Source: a virus. Taken from it: DNA of 64,000 bases. The translations under genes were made by a program, and so were the position numbers. Below, piece after piece: positions 1-14,459 of this stretch; the first letter of the stretch is position 1; every line of letters begins with the position of its first letter. The notes below the pieces were generated by a model that saw only the letters and a list, made by a program, of their open reading frames with translations, ran no database searches and was not told the origin of the DNA. The DNA is taken from positions 7,111-71,110 of IMG/VR virus record IMGVR_UViG_3300042691_020142; one strand, 5' to 3'.

Positions 1-3566
<3,566 letters not shown>

Positions 3567-3642
3567 TATTTACTCATTTTATTTATTATTGACAAAAATC
3601 AATTTAAATATTATGTATGATATGACTTTTCTATGGAAAAGT

Positions 3643-4149
3643 TTAAACTATTACATCTTCGTAAAAAGTATTATAACCTACTTGAGCGTATTTTAAATTT
3701 TTATTTGCTTTTTGTTCATTTTTAGGAACAATTAAATCTTGCTGTTTGCTGTTTTTAGGATTAATTGCTTTTATAATAGAAAATGAACGATCAAATTCTG
3801 GTGTTATGGAAACGTTAAATGTTTTTGTTTTTTCTCCGTTATTAAAAGAATTTATATCAACTAAAACCTCGGTTATATCATTTGATGGTTTTCCCAAATT
3901 TAATGTTATTACATTTCTATTTTGTATTATTTTATTTTTTAAATCTTGCCAATTTGTTGTTGGTGTTATTTTTAAACTTTTTTTATTTTTAATTTTATCT
4001 TCTTTATTTTGTTTTTTATCGTCTTTATTAGTATTTGTATTAGTACCTATATTAGTATTTCCAGAAGAATTAAATTTCGTATCAAAAACAGTTTTACCTT
4101 GGTTGTTAACAATTCCTTTTGCAGCTAAACCAGCAAGTTGTCTAATCAT
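3643..4149 (-). CDS. Hypothetical protein
   Basis: 168-aa ORF; TAAGTA motif 5 nt upstream of ATG. Confidence 0.7.
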   Translation of the reverse strand: MIRQLAGLAAKGIVNNQGKTVFDTKFNSSGNTNIGTNTNTNKDDKKQNKEDKIKNKKSLKITPTTNWQDLKNKIIQNRNVITLNLGKPSNDITEVLVDINSFNNGEKTKTFNVSITPEFDRSFSIIKAINPKNSKQQDLIVPKNEQKANKNLKYAQVGYNTFYEDVIV

Positions 4150-4153
4150 ACAA

Positions 4154-4909
4154 CTACTTACCTAAAAAGTTATGAAAAGGACATTTGCTCTTTTCTTGCA
4201 TTTCATATTTCTTAATAGATCTAAAAAATCTTTTATATCTATCGAAGAAAACTGTTTTTGCTTTTCTCCATATTATATCATATTTTGAATAGTTAGAGTG
4301 ATATATTGCTGAATAATCATATCTTTTAAATGGAATAACTTGTATAATAGGAGTTCCCTTTTCTATTAAACCTTCAAATCCTTTTTTTAAGAAAAAAACA
4401 AAATTTACTTCGTATGGGTGTTTATCAGTATCAACTACACCAGTTAAACATTGAAACGGTAAATCGTCGTAGTGAGTAGGATGTTTAAAAATACAAGAAT
4501 GTCCTTTGGGTGTTACGACTAACCAAGGGTTTAACCATTTGAAAGCCACTGGAATATAACCTTCTGGTACTGGATATAAATTATATTGATCTTGTTTATG
4601 TATAGAAACTATTTCTAAGTCATCTATAGACCATTTAAAATCTATTTGTCCGTCGTTATTAGTAACCCAAACGTCGCAAGGAAGTGGTATGTGATACCCA
4701 GCTGTCATAGCATCTAAAAAAGGCATACATTTTTTAATGGTTGCTGTCGGATCTCCAAAGTTATCAACTTCTTTTTTATCATTTACGTACGCTGGCATGT
4801 TTTTATACCAATTAGGTATATTATTAGATGCTGGAAATGGTTTTTCTATTACATCTAAAATATTTTTGTATCTAGTTATAAATTCTATTTTCTTTTTAAA
4901 ATTAACCAT
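4154..4909 (-). CDS. DUF6065-like (dUTPase/dCTP-deaminase-fold-like) protein
   Basis: TIKKCMPFLDAMTAGY, NPWLVVTPKGHS, GVVDTD, IEKGTPIIQVIPFKR motifs; ends CPFH. Confidence 0.6.
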   Translation of the reverse strand: MVNFKKKIEFITRYKNILDVIEKPFPASNNIPNWYKNMPAYVNDKKEVDNFGDPTATIKKCMPFLDAMTAGYHIPLPCDVWVTNNDGQIDFKWSIDDLEIVSIHKQDQYNLYPVPEGYIPVAFKWLNPWLVVTPKGHSCIFKHPTHYDDLPFQCLTGVVDTDKHPYEVNFVFFLKKGFEGLIEKGTPIIQVIPFKRYDYSAIYHSNYSKYDIIWRKAKTVFFDRYKRFFRSIKKYEMQEKSKCPFHNFLGK

Positions 4910-4956
4910 ATGATTATTCTATATGTAAAATATGTAAATTTCAATAAATATTCTTG

Positions 4957-5223
4957 ATGGCAACAAATATTAAAATTTTCAATTCTTATATAAAAGGAAC
5001 GAAAACTATAAAAGGATACTTTCCTATATACACACCAGACAACGAAAAAGATTGTAACATAGAAGAAGAAATAAGCTATCAAAAATCTAACATACAAGAA
5101 TTATTAGAAGAAAATACAGGAAACGCTCTAATAACTCAGGAAAGCGACGAATTAAACGTTATATTGTTATTAGTAAACGTAAATGTGAATTCGTCAAATG
5201 TTACATATTACATACAAATTTAA
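4957..5223 (+). CDS. Small virion adaptor-like protein with acidic LLEENTGNALITQE motif
   Basis: ATG at 4957 lies 6 nt after AATAAATA (4943-4950); precedes a fibre-like gene. Confidence 0.6.
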   Translation: MATNIKIFNSYIKGTKTIKGYFPIYTPDNEKDCNIEEEISYQKSNIQELLEENTGNALITQESDELNVILLLVNVNVNSSNVTYYIQI

Positions 5224-5234
5224 TAAATAATACT

Positions 5235-6065
5235 ATGGCAACCCAAGGAATAAAAGTAACAGATTTACCGGAAATAACAGAAATACCTTCTGATGGTTAT
5301 ATGTTTTTAACCACTTCAAATTCTACTAATAAAATTAAAACATCAAGTTTTTTTAGAACCTTTAGTGCTGTAAAGGGAGGGATAAATTTAGGTTCTGGTT
5401 TATCTTTATATAATAATTATCAAAATCAAAATTTATATTTTAATACTTTGACTGCTGTTGATGGATTATCAGCAACAAACACAAATAATACAATTACTTT
5501 AAGATTACAAGACAACTCCATATCGACAAATAAATATCAAAATTCATCGATAACAGGACCAAAAATAAAAGATAATACAATAACAGGATATAAGCTAAAT
5601 GATTTTGGTAAAGACTTTTCTTCATCGGCAACTAAAACAGATATTCAAGTAATACCTAAAAATATTTTTAATTTTGTAACTAATTTAAGTGCTACTATAT
5701 TATGCCCAACAAGTTCTGCTAAAGTTATGATAAATGGGTTTTTATCTATAAATTCTCAAGATGCTGCAATTAATATATATAGAAAAACAACAAATCAAAG
5801 TAATTTTTCTGTAATATCTCCATTATCATCAATTCCGTCTGGTTACGCATCTTGTATGTTTGATGGTGGTTCTACAGATTTAAATAACCCTAAAATTGTA
5901 CCACTTTCGTTTTTAGATACTCCAAATTATTCCGGAATTATAACATATGTAGTTGGAGTTTCTTCTATGAATGCTGGAGAATCTTACATAAATAGATCGT
6001 TTAATGCTTTAGCCCAAAACAAAACAGTATCAGTATCGCACATAAACGCATTAGTTTTACCTTAA
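5235..6065 (+). CDS. Short tail-fibre-like protein
   Basis: N-terminal IKVTDLPE motif, DNSISTNK/NSSITGPK/DNTITGYK fibre repeats, C-terminal beta-sandwich with FLDTP...ITY. Confidence 0.7.
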   Translation: MATQGIKVTDLPEITEIPSDGYMFLTTSNSTNKIKTSSFFRTFSAVKGGINLGSGLSLYNNYQNQNLYFNTLTAVDGLSATNTNNTITLRLQDNSISTNKYQNSSITGPKIKDNTITGYKLNDFGKDFSSSATKTDIQVIPKNIFNFVTNLSATILCPTSSAKVMINGFLSINSQDAAINIYRKTTNQSNFSVISPLSSIPSGYASCMFDGGSTDLNNPKIVPLSFLDTPNYSGIITYVVGVSSMNAGESYINRSFNALAQNKTVSVSHINALVLP

Positions 6066-6067
6066 AA

Positions 6068-9000
6068 ATGAACAGTGATATAGAAAATAAAAAACCACTA
6101 GATTATAACAAGTGGTTATCTTATCAAAACACTTTATTGCCAGAAAAGCAACAGAGCGAGTATTTAAATTATTTAAAAAAATGGTATTTAGAAAAATCAA
6201 AAGTAAATTCTGAAATTAAAAAAACTTTTAAACAACAATATATAGAATTATTAAAAGATTTAAGTTTTTTATTTGGTAGTACAGAATTTGATTCTTTTTT
6301 ATCTCAATTAGATACGTCAAATGATGAAGAATTGATATTTACTATTCCTTTCTTTGCAAAAAAATTAAAACAAGTAGCTATAGTATTTTCAAAGAAAAGA
6401 GAATCTGTAAAACAAGCAAAATTAAAATATAACTTAATAGGATCCAATTCTGGTCTTGAAAAAATGTTATATGAATACATTTTAAAAGGATTTACAAAAA
6501 CAGAAAATAATATATCACAAGTTCCTGCTTCTAAATTTTCAAGTTATTTTCCAGAGCTTTCTTCTGTCAAAAATAAATTCTATATAGAAATAGAAGAATT
6601 ACACGATAAAAATTCTTATTTAGGTTCGGATAGTAGTGTTCCATTAGAAAGTTATGTTGAGGTTGAAAGAATATCAGAAAAAATATTTTCAAAACAATTT
6701 GAGGATCTTACTGATGAAGAAATTTTAAAACTATTATCTACTAGATATCTAACAAAAATATCTAATTCTTTTTTATCTAATACATTTGTTAATTTTTTAA
6801 ACAACGATGTACCAAATTTAACATCCGAAGATTTATTCAATCAAAGCGTTTTAAATATATATAATCAAATAGAAGCATCTAAAAGGTACATGAGTCAACC
6901 GTTATATGGATTGACTGCCATAAAGTTAAAAGATTTAGACGTTTTTGATAACTATCTAACTTTAGATTTTAATAGTGGAAATAACTGGTTTTATTGGCCA
7001 AGTGGTTCTCAAATGCTGGACGACTCAAAGTTTAATAACATATACTCTGAAATACCCATAAACGAATCTAGTTTTGTTACTTCTGGAGCTACTGCTGGAG
7101 ATGATTATACTAATTCAGATTTAATTTTTACTGATAAAAATGGAGTTGTTGAGGGAGCATGGCTTAGAGGAGAGCATAAGACAGATCCAGAAAAGATTAA
7201 AATGACTTTGACGGTCAAAACAGGCGAGAAAAAAGAATTTATTTTTCCATATCCGGGTATAGATTTTTCAAATAAAACAAATGGTTTTTTAGGATATTTA
7301 GTTGACGATACTGATAATAATTTGTTAAACATTTTAGAACCAAAAATTAGAGAAAAAATATTATCAGATTATTTTACATCATCTTTACCAACTTCATCTT
7401 GTGATCCAATTTATATAAATAATACTTCTTTGGTGGAATATGGTTCTCACGCGGATACCTTTTCTGATACTGCTGACAATATCATAAAAAAACCAAAGGA
7501 TTATTTTACTTCATCAATATATTCAGAAGGACAGCAGGGAGAAATAGAACAAGCATATTTATATAAATTTGATAAAACCGACTTGCCGATTAAAACAGGA
7601 TTAAATCAAATATATTGGCCTTTACAAACATTTGAAGATGAAAATAATATTAGTTTAACTGTAAATAATAAATTTTGTCTTCCCGTATATTTAAGAGATT
7701 TTGACATATCAAAATCAATGGTAGGTGCTATCGCTGGATTAAATTTCTCAACTGCGGATGTTATATACAAATATAACACCAGAAACTCAGACCCAACAGA
7801 AGCAGCTTGGCTTGGATCTCCATCAATATCAAGATTAGATATGATGGCAAATTCAAAAACTATATACGATTTCGATGCTGTAAATTGTGCTCAGTATATA
7901 GATGGTCCGATACAGGCTTCTTTATCCATGATGGTTAAACCATCTGAAAAAATATCATTTGTGTGGATGGATGAAGATACATATGCCGATGAAGTATTTA
8001 AATTTTTTGAACATAGTCCATCTTGTCCATATTTAAAAAATTTCCCACACAATTATTATAACGATCAAGATTACCAAAACAATCAACCTATTAATGATTT
8101 AAAACATTGGCAAAAATGTAATTGTAAATCTGTAAATTACTCTCCTATTGGTCACAGTGGAGATAATGTATTTGATTATAATGGAATGGCGGATTACTTG
8201 TTTGCAGATCCAGATGGATTAGGGGTGGATTTTGCTTTAAACAGTTGGGTTGATACTAGAGGTTATACAGCATTTGAAAGTCCTCAATTTTCATATTATA
8301 AATTAGATGGAAGCAACAAATCAGATACAAATGTAGGGTGGGGTACTGGAGAATGGAAAACTGGAAATGGTAAAAAAATGGTTTTAAAAACCGGAAGAAG
8401 ATATACATATTACAGAACTCCATTAAGAACAATAACCGGAGAAACTCCTTATTTTGTAGTTAAATATTCTTACAAGAATATAACTGGTTTATTAGGACCG
8501 ACAGATGGGTTTGATTTGGTTATAATAATTGATAATAGTAGAAGTCAATCTTTAACATTGCAAAACACTAAAGATGCTGTTATTAAAATAGTTGATAAAC
8601 TATTAACTAATAATTCTAACATACAAATAGGTTTAGTTGAATTTAATTCAGTAGCAAATAGATTGTCTTTCCTATCAAACCAGAAAGATGCTCTTAAACT
8701 TTTTGTAAGTCAACTTCAAACCCCTACAGATCCAGATCTTTATAATACAAATATATTAGGAGCCTTTACGTTGGCTGAAACTTTACTGACAACAAAAATA
8801 GAAAACACATCTAGTGATGAATTTTCGGGTGTTAAAAATTTATGTTCTAAATTGAATTTTTATATTTTAGATTTAGCAACCGGAAATAACATTTTAAATG
8901 CTCCTCAAACAAATAAGCCAAAGAAAATATTGATATTTAGTGATGGCGTTGAAAACACTATTCAAATTGATAGCATTTTGAGTACCTCAGATTTAGCTAA

Positions 9001-12000
9001 AATTCAAATTCCATTTGAAGAAATAGAAATTAAAAATTTAACAAATCAAATTTCAGAATTAAATATAAATTTAAGTTCAGTTCTTCAAGAAAAGCAACAA
9101 ATTTTAGAAGAAGAAACTAATAGTTTAAATGAACTATTAACCCAAAAAAATAAATTGGAAGAAGATAAAAATGAACTTTTATCTAAAAAATCAATATACG
9201 AAAAAGAACAAAGAAATTTAAACATACCAACAAATGAAAAAGTTTTAAATCTTAAAAGTCAATTAAATTCTTATAATTCTCAAATAAATTCATATAATTC
9301 AAATTTAAATACAAATAAAACTGAATTAAACTCTTTATTAACTACGTATAATAATTTAAAACCAAAAAAACGTAATAAAGCAGTTTCTTTAAAAAAGAAA
9401 ATAGATTATTTACAAAATCAAGTAACTTCAATTACAAATACTTTAAATAATTTAAAAAATGCTTTGGTTCAAAAATCAAGTCAGTATAATTACGAAAACA
9501 CTTCATTTCAAAGTTCAACTAAAGTTTACAATCAACAAACCGGTGAAGTTAATTTGAATTTAAATAAAATAAATTCTCAAATAAATAACATAGATAATAT
9601 CTTATTAAATATACAATCAAAAATAACACAGGAAATAAATGACGATCCTTTAGATGAGATATTATCTCTTGATGTTTTATATGAAGATATAAACACCAAT
9701 AAAACAATATTAGAAAGAGTTTTATTAGTTGAACAAAAAAATTTAGAATCTAAAAAAAGAATAGTAGAATCAAATTCTAATAATTCTCAAATATCAAATT
9801 TAGTTAATGGAACAAATTTATTATTAGATTTCATAAAAGATTTAAAAAAAGCTGTACAAATATATTCTGTAGATATTGGTTACAAATCAATTGAAAGCGA
9901 CATTATGGAAAAATTCGCATCTACATTTTCAATGTATTTCAATTTACAGAAATTCTTAAAAGATGGCGATGGAGACTTAAATTCTTTTATTGATTATATC
10001 TCAATGAGAATAATTGGTTCTATGCCTGTAATACCAGTATGGTATAAAGCAGTGAGAGATGAATACGGAACATGGAATGCAAAATATGACGACTATGGAA
10101 ACTTAGAAGTAAGTGATATGCAGTTAAGACCCGGTGATTACATCAGTTATATTCATAAATCTTCTGTTTCTTATTTTAATAACGAAAACATTCAAACAAA
10201 TTTTTCAACTCCAACGTTATCATTTACTATAAATTCAAAATTAGATGGTTGGAGTTATGAAGCTAATCAATTTTCTCCAGATTACGTAGGTGAAGATTAT
10301 GGAGCAAGACCATTCTGGGCTAAAGTTAATGTAAGACCTAATGAAACAGATAATTTTAGAAAAGATACCATATCTTTTGGCGGTAAAATAAAGTTTGTTG
10401 ATGATTATCTACCTATACAACAACCAGACGTTTCCAGTTTATATTTTGAAAATGGAAATTTAATAGAATATGTAAGAAAAATACCAAAAGATTTAATATG
10501 GAAACAAAATATAACTTTATATAATACAATAACTGGAAGTAGATGGAATAAATTGATTTTCTCAAAAACATTCTCAAATCTTAAAGATGTTTTATTTAAA
10601 CAAGATTTGGATGGTGTTGTAACACCAAGTCCGGAAGCAAGTAATTTAGTTTTAGAAAGCTACAGTACATTTAAACCAGCTTATTATAACTATTATGCTA
10701 GAAACGCATTTACTTACACTCAAGGATTGTTAAACAAAAATAGATGTTTGGAATCCTATGTTGTATACAATACAGCGGTTTTAATTGAACCTTCAAACCC
10801 AACAGAATGCTTGGTTAATACATTTAATCCTTCAGTAGCTACAATGCCTCTTCCTTATAATATAGTTTCAGAAAAGGAAGTAAGTCATTATTTCTTACCT
10901 GAGAATTTAGGAGCATCTTTTTATAGAGGAAAAGGATATAAGATGTCAATCGATAATGGTAAAATAAATTACTTTAAAGGATTGAGCGCGGAAAGTACAT
11001 ATTTTGATTTAGAAAAATACGGACCTAGACAAAGAGGACTAACCAAAAAAGACCAATTATCATTAGCTAAAATTGATGAGATAGATAATAGTTGGATGAA
11101 TGAACCATATAGTAGTGCTGAAAAAGCTGGAGTTATGATAAACGTACCAGAAAATCAAAAAATGACTCCTTACCAATCCACATACGAATTAAAAAATAAA
11201 AACGATTATGGATTATCTAGACAGAATGATCAATTTGAATTCTGGAATCCAAAAAATCCTCCAATTTGGAATGGTACATCAGAACATCCATTAACATTTA
11301 GAAAAGAATTACTATTAAATTCTTTCGTAAAAAGAAAAAACGAATTGTTAGTCGGTAAAGGTAAGCTTCAAAATTGGAGAAACGATATTTTCGGTAATGA
11401 TTATGGTTTATATAAACCTAAAAAACCAAATGATATAGATGGAATGAATATCTGGTTTTCAGCCAGAACAGGATCAATATATCAAAACGCAACGTCGTCA
11501 TTAGAATATGATATAATTTCACAAGATGGAGATTTGGTTAAATTATGGAAAGACGGATCTAAAAAACAAAGAGATTTAATTAGATATTTTGGAAGACCTA
11601 CATTTAAACAAACTTCTGATCATCAAAATTCATCAATATTATTTAATAATAATGAAGCTTTAGATGTAATGAAAAATACATATGAAATAAATCATAGTAC
11701 TTTAACATTATTTGTTTTAGCTAGATTTAATGGTTTCGTAGACGAAAAGACAAACGTCATGCTTTCTTTCGGAGATGTTTTAAGTGATAATTTACAAAAA
11801 ACTTTAGATGATGCAGCTTTAGCTATAGCATTAAAAGAAAATAGAAAATTATCATTTGTTTTTGGTAATATTTCATTACCACAAAACAGTTCAATAAAAT
11901 TAGAAAATGATGATTTTGATGTTGATGTTACTAAATTTCACTTGTATGAATTAGTATTTGATTCTTCTATGTGTTATTCATATATAGACGGAAATTTATT

Positions 12001-12196
12001 TTCTAAATCCGAATCTCCATTGCAAGAAGATAGAATATATGCAACAAAAGGATTGTGGGCTGGTTCCTATATTTTAGGATCTCTCGCATCTAGATGCGAA
12101 ATATCAGAAATAATTTTATATAATAAGAAATTCTCTAATAGAGAAAAAGATGATATGTATTCTTACATAAGATCGAATTATAAAAATATATTATAA
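6068..12196 (+). CDS. Giant virion protein with VWA (MIDAS) domain, coiled coil and C-terminal LamG-like domain
   Basis: LVIIIDNSRSQS (DxSxS), IGLVEFN, ILIFSDG; long heptad-rich N/K/L segment; C-terminal SYIDG...ISEIILYNKKFS. Confidence 0.75.
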   Translation: MNSDIENKKPLDYNKWLSYQNTLLPEKQQSEYLNYLKKWYLEKSKVNSEIKKTFKQQYIELLKDLSFLFGSTEFDSFLSQLDTSNDEELIFTIPFFAKKLKQVAIVFSKKRESVKQAKLKYNLIGSNSGLEKMLYEYILKGFTKTENNISQVPASKFSSYFPELSSVKNKFYIEIEELHDKNSYLGSDSSVPLESYVEVERISEKIFSKQFEDLTDEEILKLLSTRYLTKISNSFLSNTFVNFLNNDVPNLTSEDLFNQSVLNIYNQIEASKRYMSQPLYGLTAIKLKDLDVFDNYLTLDFNSGNNWFYWPSGSQMLDDSKFNNIYSEIPINESSFVTSGATAGDDYTNSDLIFTDKNGVVEGAWLRGEHKTDPEKIKMTLTVKTGEKKEFIFPYPGIDFSNKTNGFLGYLVDDTDNNLLNILEPKIREKILSDYFTSSLPTSSCDPIYINNTSLVEYGSHADTFSDTADNIIKKPKDYFTSSIYSEGQQGEIEQAYLYKFDKTDLPIKTGLNQIYWPLQTFEDENNISLTVNNKFCLPVYLRDFDISKSMVGAIAGLNFSTADVIYKYNTRNSDPTEAAWLGSPSISRLDMMANSKTIYDFDAVNCAQYIDGPIQASLSMMVKPSEKISFVWMDEDTYADEVFKFFEHSPSCPYLKNFPHNYYNDQDYQNNQPINDLKHWQKCNCKSVNYSPIGHSGDNVFDYNGMADYLFADPDGLGVDFALNSWVDTRGYTAFESPQFSYYKLDGSNKSDTNVGWGTGEWKTGNGKKMVLKTGRRYTYYRTPLRTITGETPYFVVKYSYKNITGLLGPTDGFDLVIIIDNSRSQSLTLQNTKDAVIKIVDKLLTNNSNIQIGLVEFNSVANRLSFLSNQKDALKLFVSQLQTPTDPDLYNTNILGAFTLAETLLTTKIENTSSDEFSGVKNLCSKLNFYILDLATGNNILNAPQTNKPKKILIFSDGVENTIQIDSILSTSDLAKIQIPFEEIEIKNLTNQISELNINLSSVLQEKQQILEEETNSLNELLTQKNKLEEDKNELLSKKSIYEKEQRNLNIPTNEKVLNLKSQLNSYNSQINSYNSNLNTNKTELNSLLTTYNNLKPKKRNKAVSLKKKIDYLQNQVTSITNTLNNLKNALVQKSSQYNYENTSFQSSTKVYNQQTGEVNLNLNKINSQINNIDNILLNIQSKITQEINDDPLDEILSLDVLYEDINTNKTILERVLLVEQKNLESKKRIVESNSNNSQISNLVNGTNLLLDFIKDLKKAVQIYSVDIGYKSIESDIMEKFASTFSMYFNLQKFLKDGDGDLNSFIDYISMRIIGSMPVIPVWYKAVRDEYGTWNAKYDDYGNLEVSDMQLRPGDYISYIHKSSVSYFNNENIQTNFSTPTLSFTINSKLDGWSYEANQFSPDYVGEDYGARPFWAKVNVRPNETDNFRKDTISFGGKIKFVDDYLPIQQPDVSSLYFENGNLIEYVRKIPKDLIWKQNITLYNTITGSRWNKLIFSKTFSNLKDVLFKQDLDGVVTPSPEASNLVLESYSTFKPAYYNYYARNAFTYTQGLLNKNRCLESYVVYNTAVLIEPSNPTECLVNTFNPSVATMPLPYNIVSEKEVSHYFLPENLGASFYRGKGYKMSIDNGKINYFKGLSAESTYFDLEKYGPRQRGLTKKDQLSLAKIDEIDNSWMNEPYSSAEKAGVMINVPENQKMTPYQSTYELKNKNDYGLSRQNDQFEFWNPKNPPIWNGTSEHPLTFRKELLLNSFVKRKNELLVGKGKLQNWRNDIFGNDYGLYKPKKPNDIDGMNIWFSARTGSIYQNATSSLEYDIISQDGDLVKLWKDGSKKQRDLIRYFGRPTFKQTSDHQNSSILFNNNEALDVMKNTYEINHSTLTLFVLARFNGFVDEKTNVMLSFGDVLSDNLQKTLDDAALAIALKENRKLSFVFGNISLPQNSSIKLENDDFDVDVTKFHLYELVFDSSMCYSYIDGNLFSKSESPLQEDRIYATKGLWAGSYILGSLASRCEISEIILYNKKFSNREKDDMYSYIRSNYKNIL

Positions 12197-12637
12197 TTTA
12201 ATCATCTCTATTAGGTATAAAGATTTATTTAAATTTGAAATTACTTCCTCTGCCGTATTGTTTATTCCAGATTTAATAGATGATGTGTAATTTTTAAAGT
12301 CTTGGCTTGTTAATATTCCCTTAAATCCGGAAACCATGACTATAAAATTTTTAGCTATTGTTTCATCATTACATAAAACAGATTCATCAAAAAGATTTAA
12401 ATTGTTTTGATTGAACGGAACATTAACTTTTTCTACATTAGAAACTCCAATTATTTCCTCTTGCAGTTTATCAAATAAATCGGATAAAGTAGAATACGTG
12501 TCTCCTAAAATCTCATGTAGATTTATATTTAAAGTATACCAATGTAATAGTTTTACATTAGATAAAAAATTATTCAAATAACATGCAAATTGCATTGTAT
12601 TATTGCTAGATTGTACTTTTATAATTTCTATTTCCAT
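12191..12637 (-). CDS. Ferritin/Dps-like protein (DUF5856-like)
   Basis: VKLLHWYT...HEILGDTY...LFDKLQEEIIG resembles the Dps ferroxidase H-W/H/D-x3-E motif. Confidence 0.7.
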   Translation of the reverse strand: MEIEIIKVQSSNNTMQFACYLNNFLSNVKLLHWYTLNINLHEILGDTYSTLSDLFDKLQEEIIGVSNVEKVNVPFNQNNLNLFDESVLCNDETIAKNFIVMVSGFKGILTSQDFKNYTSSIKSGINNTAEEVISNLNKSLYLIEMIKL

Positions 12638-12972
12638 ATGTTTAATATATCGTTTGACATTTCTTTAAAAGAAATATCATAAAGGTTTTTATCTTTACTC
12701 AACAAACTTAGTTGTTTAATTATATTTATCAACTGAATTTGTGTGGAGTATTTTTCTGTTATTTTTTCTATCTTATCTTCTAAAGTTTTTACATATGTTA
12801 TATCTTTAATTTCTATAAATTTTCCATCGTTATAATTTCCATGCCATGTGTATTTTGTGAAATCTTTATACTGATCAGGAACTTCTATAGTTTTAAAAAA
12901 ACTTTTAGTTTGATCTGGTATATTATCTCCAAAACCAATAAATTTATTTTCTAAATTAAATAAAGCAAACAT
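12628..12972 (-). CDS. Hypothetical protein, possible fibre-assembly accessory
   Basis: 114-aa ORF, 1 nt after upstream stop; WHGNYNDG motif. Confidence 0.6.
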   Translation of the reverse strand: MFALFNLENKFIGFGDNIPDQTKSFFKTIEVPDQYKDFTKYTWHGNYNDGKFIEIKDITYVKTLEDKIEKITEKYSTQIQLINIIKQLSLLSKDKNLYDISFKEMSNDILNIWK

Positions 12973-12973
12973 A

Positions 12974-13672
12974 TTATGTATATGTATATCTTATAACATA
13001 ACCCGGAGGTAATTCTGGTAAAACTCTAGTTAACGCCCAATCGTTTTTAGATATGTTGGAGAAACTAAATATGTTTATACCAGAAATCGATATCGGAGCT
13101 TTTGTTAGAGTTACGTTCATATCTCTTTGTGTACTACTAAAGTTTTCTGGTGTTGCGTTTACCACAACTGAATTTTCCATTATCGGCTGAATACTTGTAT
13201 AATAATGTGCTATCACATGGGCTGTAGTAGCCAACATGAAATTTTGCGGTGGAAAATATTTATTTAAATAATTAAAACATGAAGAACACAACGATTGAAA
13301 ATCGGATTTCGTAAAAGATCCAATAAAAATAGAACTGTAAGTTCTTGATATATTTGTATTTAATTGAACACAAAACTGATGCTTGGTCCAATATGAACTC
13401 ATTGTTTGTACAGTAGCATCAACAAGTTTATACCTAAACATTTCTTTAGTGTTAAATTGATTATATGCTGTTGTTAATGTAGGTATGTAAGAAACATAAT
13501 CATCAAAATATTTTTTATAGTTATCTTCTATATTAAAAAAAGTTGATGATAAATTACAAATTTTAGCATCTAAAATCATTGCGTTGTAATTATGTTTTCC
13601 AACAGAATCTCCTACGCATTCATCTTTTTTTATTTCAAATGTAAAGGTTCTCATATTATATTTGCTTATCAA
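12974..13672 (-). CDS. Short-fibre paralogue 3 (no Cys insert)
   Basis: Shares IxxxxxxGDS...N.N, S.W, YLNKYFP blocks with the two upstream genes. Confidence 0.65.
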   Translation of the reverse strand: MISKYNMRTFTFEIKKDECVGDSVGKHNYNAMILDAKICNLSSTFFNIEDNYKKYFDDYVSYIPTLTTAYNQFNTKEMFRYKLVDATVQTMSSYWTKHQFCVQLNTNISRTYSSIFIGSFTKSDFQSLCSSCFNYLNKYFPPQNFMLATTAHVIAHYYTSIQPIMENSVVVNATPENFSSTQRDMNVTLTKAPISISGINIFSFSNISKNDWALTRVLPELPPGYVIRYTYT

Positions 13673-14459
13673 ATTTCCAACTACAATCCGATATTATAAA
13701 TTTCAATCTTAATAAATCAGTTGTTTCGTATTCATCTATATAATTGTAATATAAATTTGCTTTGATATATGGTCTATATGTTTTTACACCAGTTTGATCA
13801 AAATTGCAAGTTACTTGTTGTGAAACTGTACATGATATAGAACCTCCGCAGTTGAAATCTCCATTATCACACCCAACAGTTCCTCCGAAATACCTCACTA
13901 CGCAGGGTCCAGACGCTATGGTGTCAGCTGTTTGACATAAGGTTGAATCTGATACTGTTGCTGGTTCGGACTCTCTATCTTTTCTAGTTTTTCCAGATAT
14001 AGGAGATTCAAAAGAACTATTTGTTCTTCTAATAACATGTATTATACATTCTTGAGTCTGTAAATAACAAACTCCATTAGTACAATTATCGGATAAAACA
14101 GAAAAATTACTATTAACCCATTGTGTTATTGTTGTTATATAAGAACTATTTTGTTGTTGACTGATTGTTAATACGTGTGGATAATAAATTATTAAAGGTT
14201 CTATCCAATTTGCACTATTTGTTTCTACTGTAGTGCTCATGCTTTTCCATTTATCTAAGGATGCTTGTGCTTTTGATATATTAGTTTTTAACTCTAAAGA
14301 AGTGTTTTTATAATATTCAACAAACGGACTCCATAAATTATTAGCACTTAATTGTATTGAATTAGCCCATTCATCAAGATATAAATAATTGTTATTTATT
14401 GCTGATAACGCATCACCTATAGAATCTGAAGATGTTATTAATGTAAATGAATAGCTCAT
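13656..14459 (-). CDS. Short-fibre paralogue 2 with 6-Cys insert
   Basis: ITSSDSIGDALSAINNN, SANWIEP, WVNSNF; Cys ladder near C-terminus. Confidence 0.65.
   Translation of the reverse strand: MSYSFTLITSSDSIGDALSAINNNYLYLDEWANSIQLSANNLWSPFVEYYKNTSLELKTNISKAQASLDKWKSMSTTVETNSANWIEPLIIYYPHVLTISQQQNSSYITTITQWVNSNFSVLSDNCTNGVCYLQTQECIIHVIRRTNSSFESPISGKTRKDRESEPATVSDSTLCQTADTIASGPCVVRYFGGTVGCDNGDFNCGGSISCTVSQQVTCNFDQTGVKTYRPYIKANLYYNYIDEYETTDLLRLKFIISDCSWKFDKQI

Noticed and set aside
3589-3621. TTGACA on the plus strand as a sigma70 promoter
   Set aside because: No good -10 at 16-18 nt spacing and it points antisense into a gene
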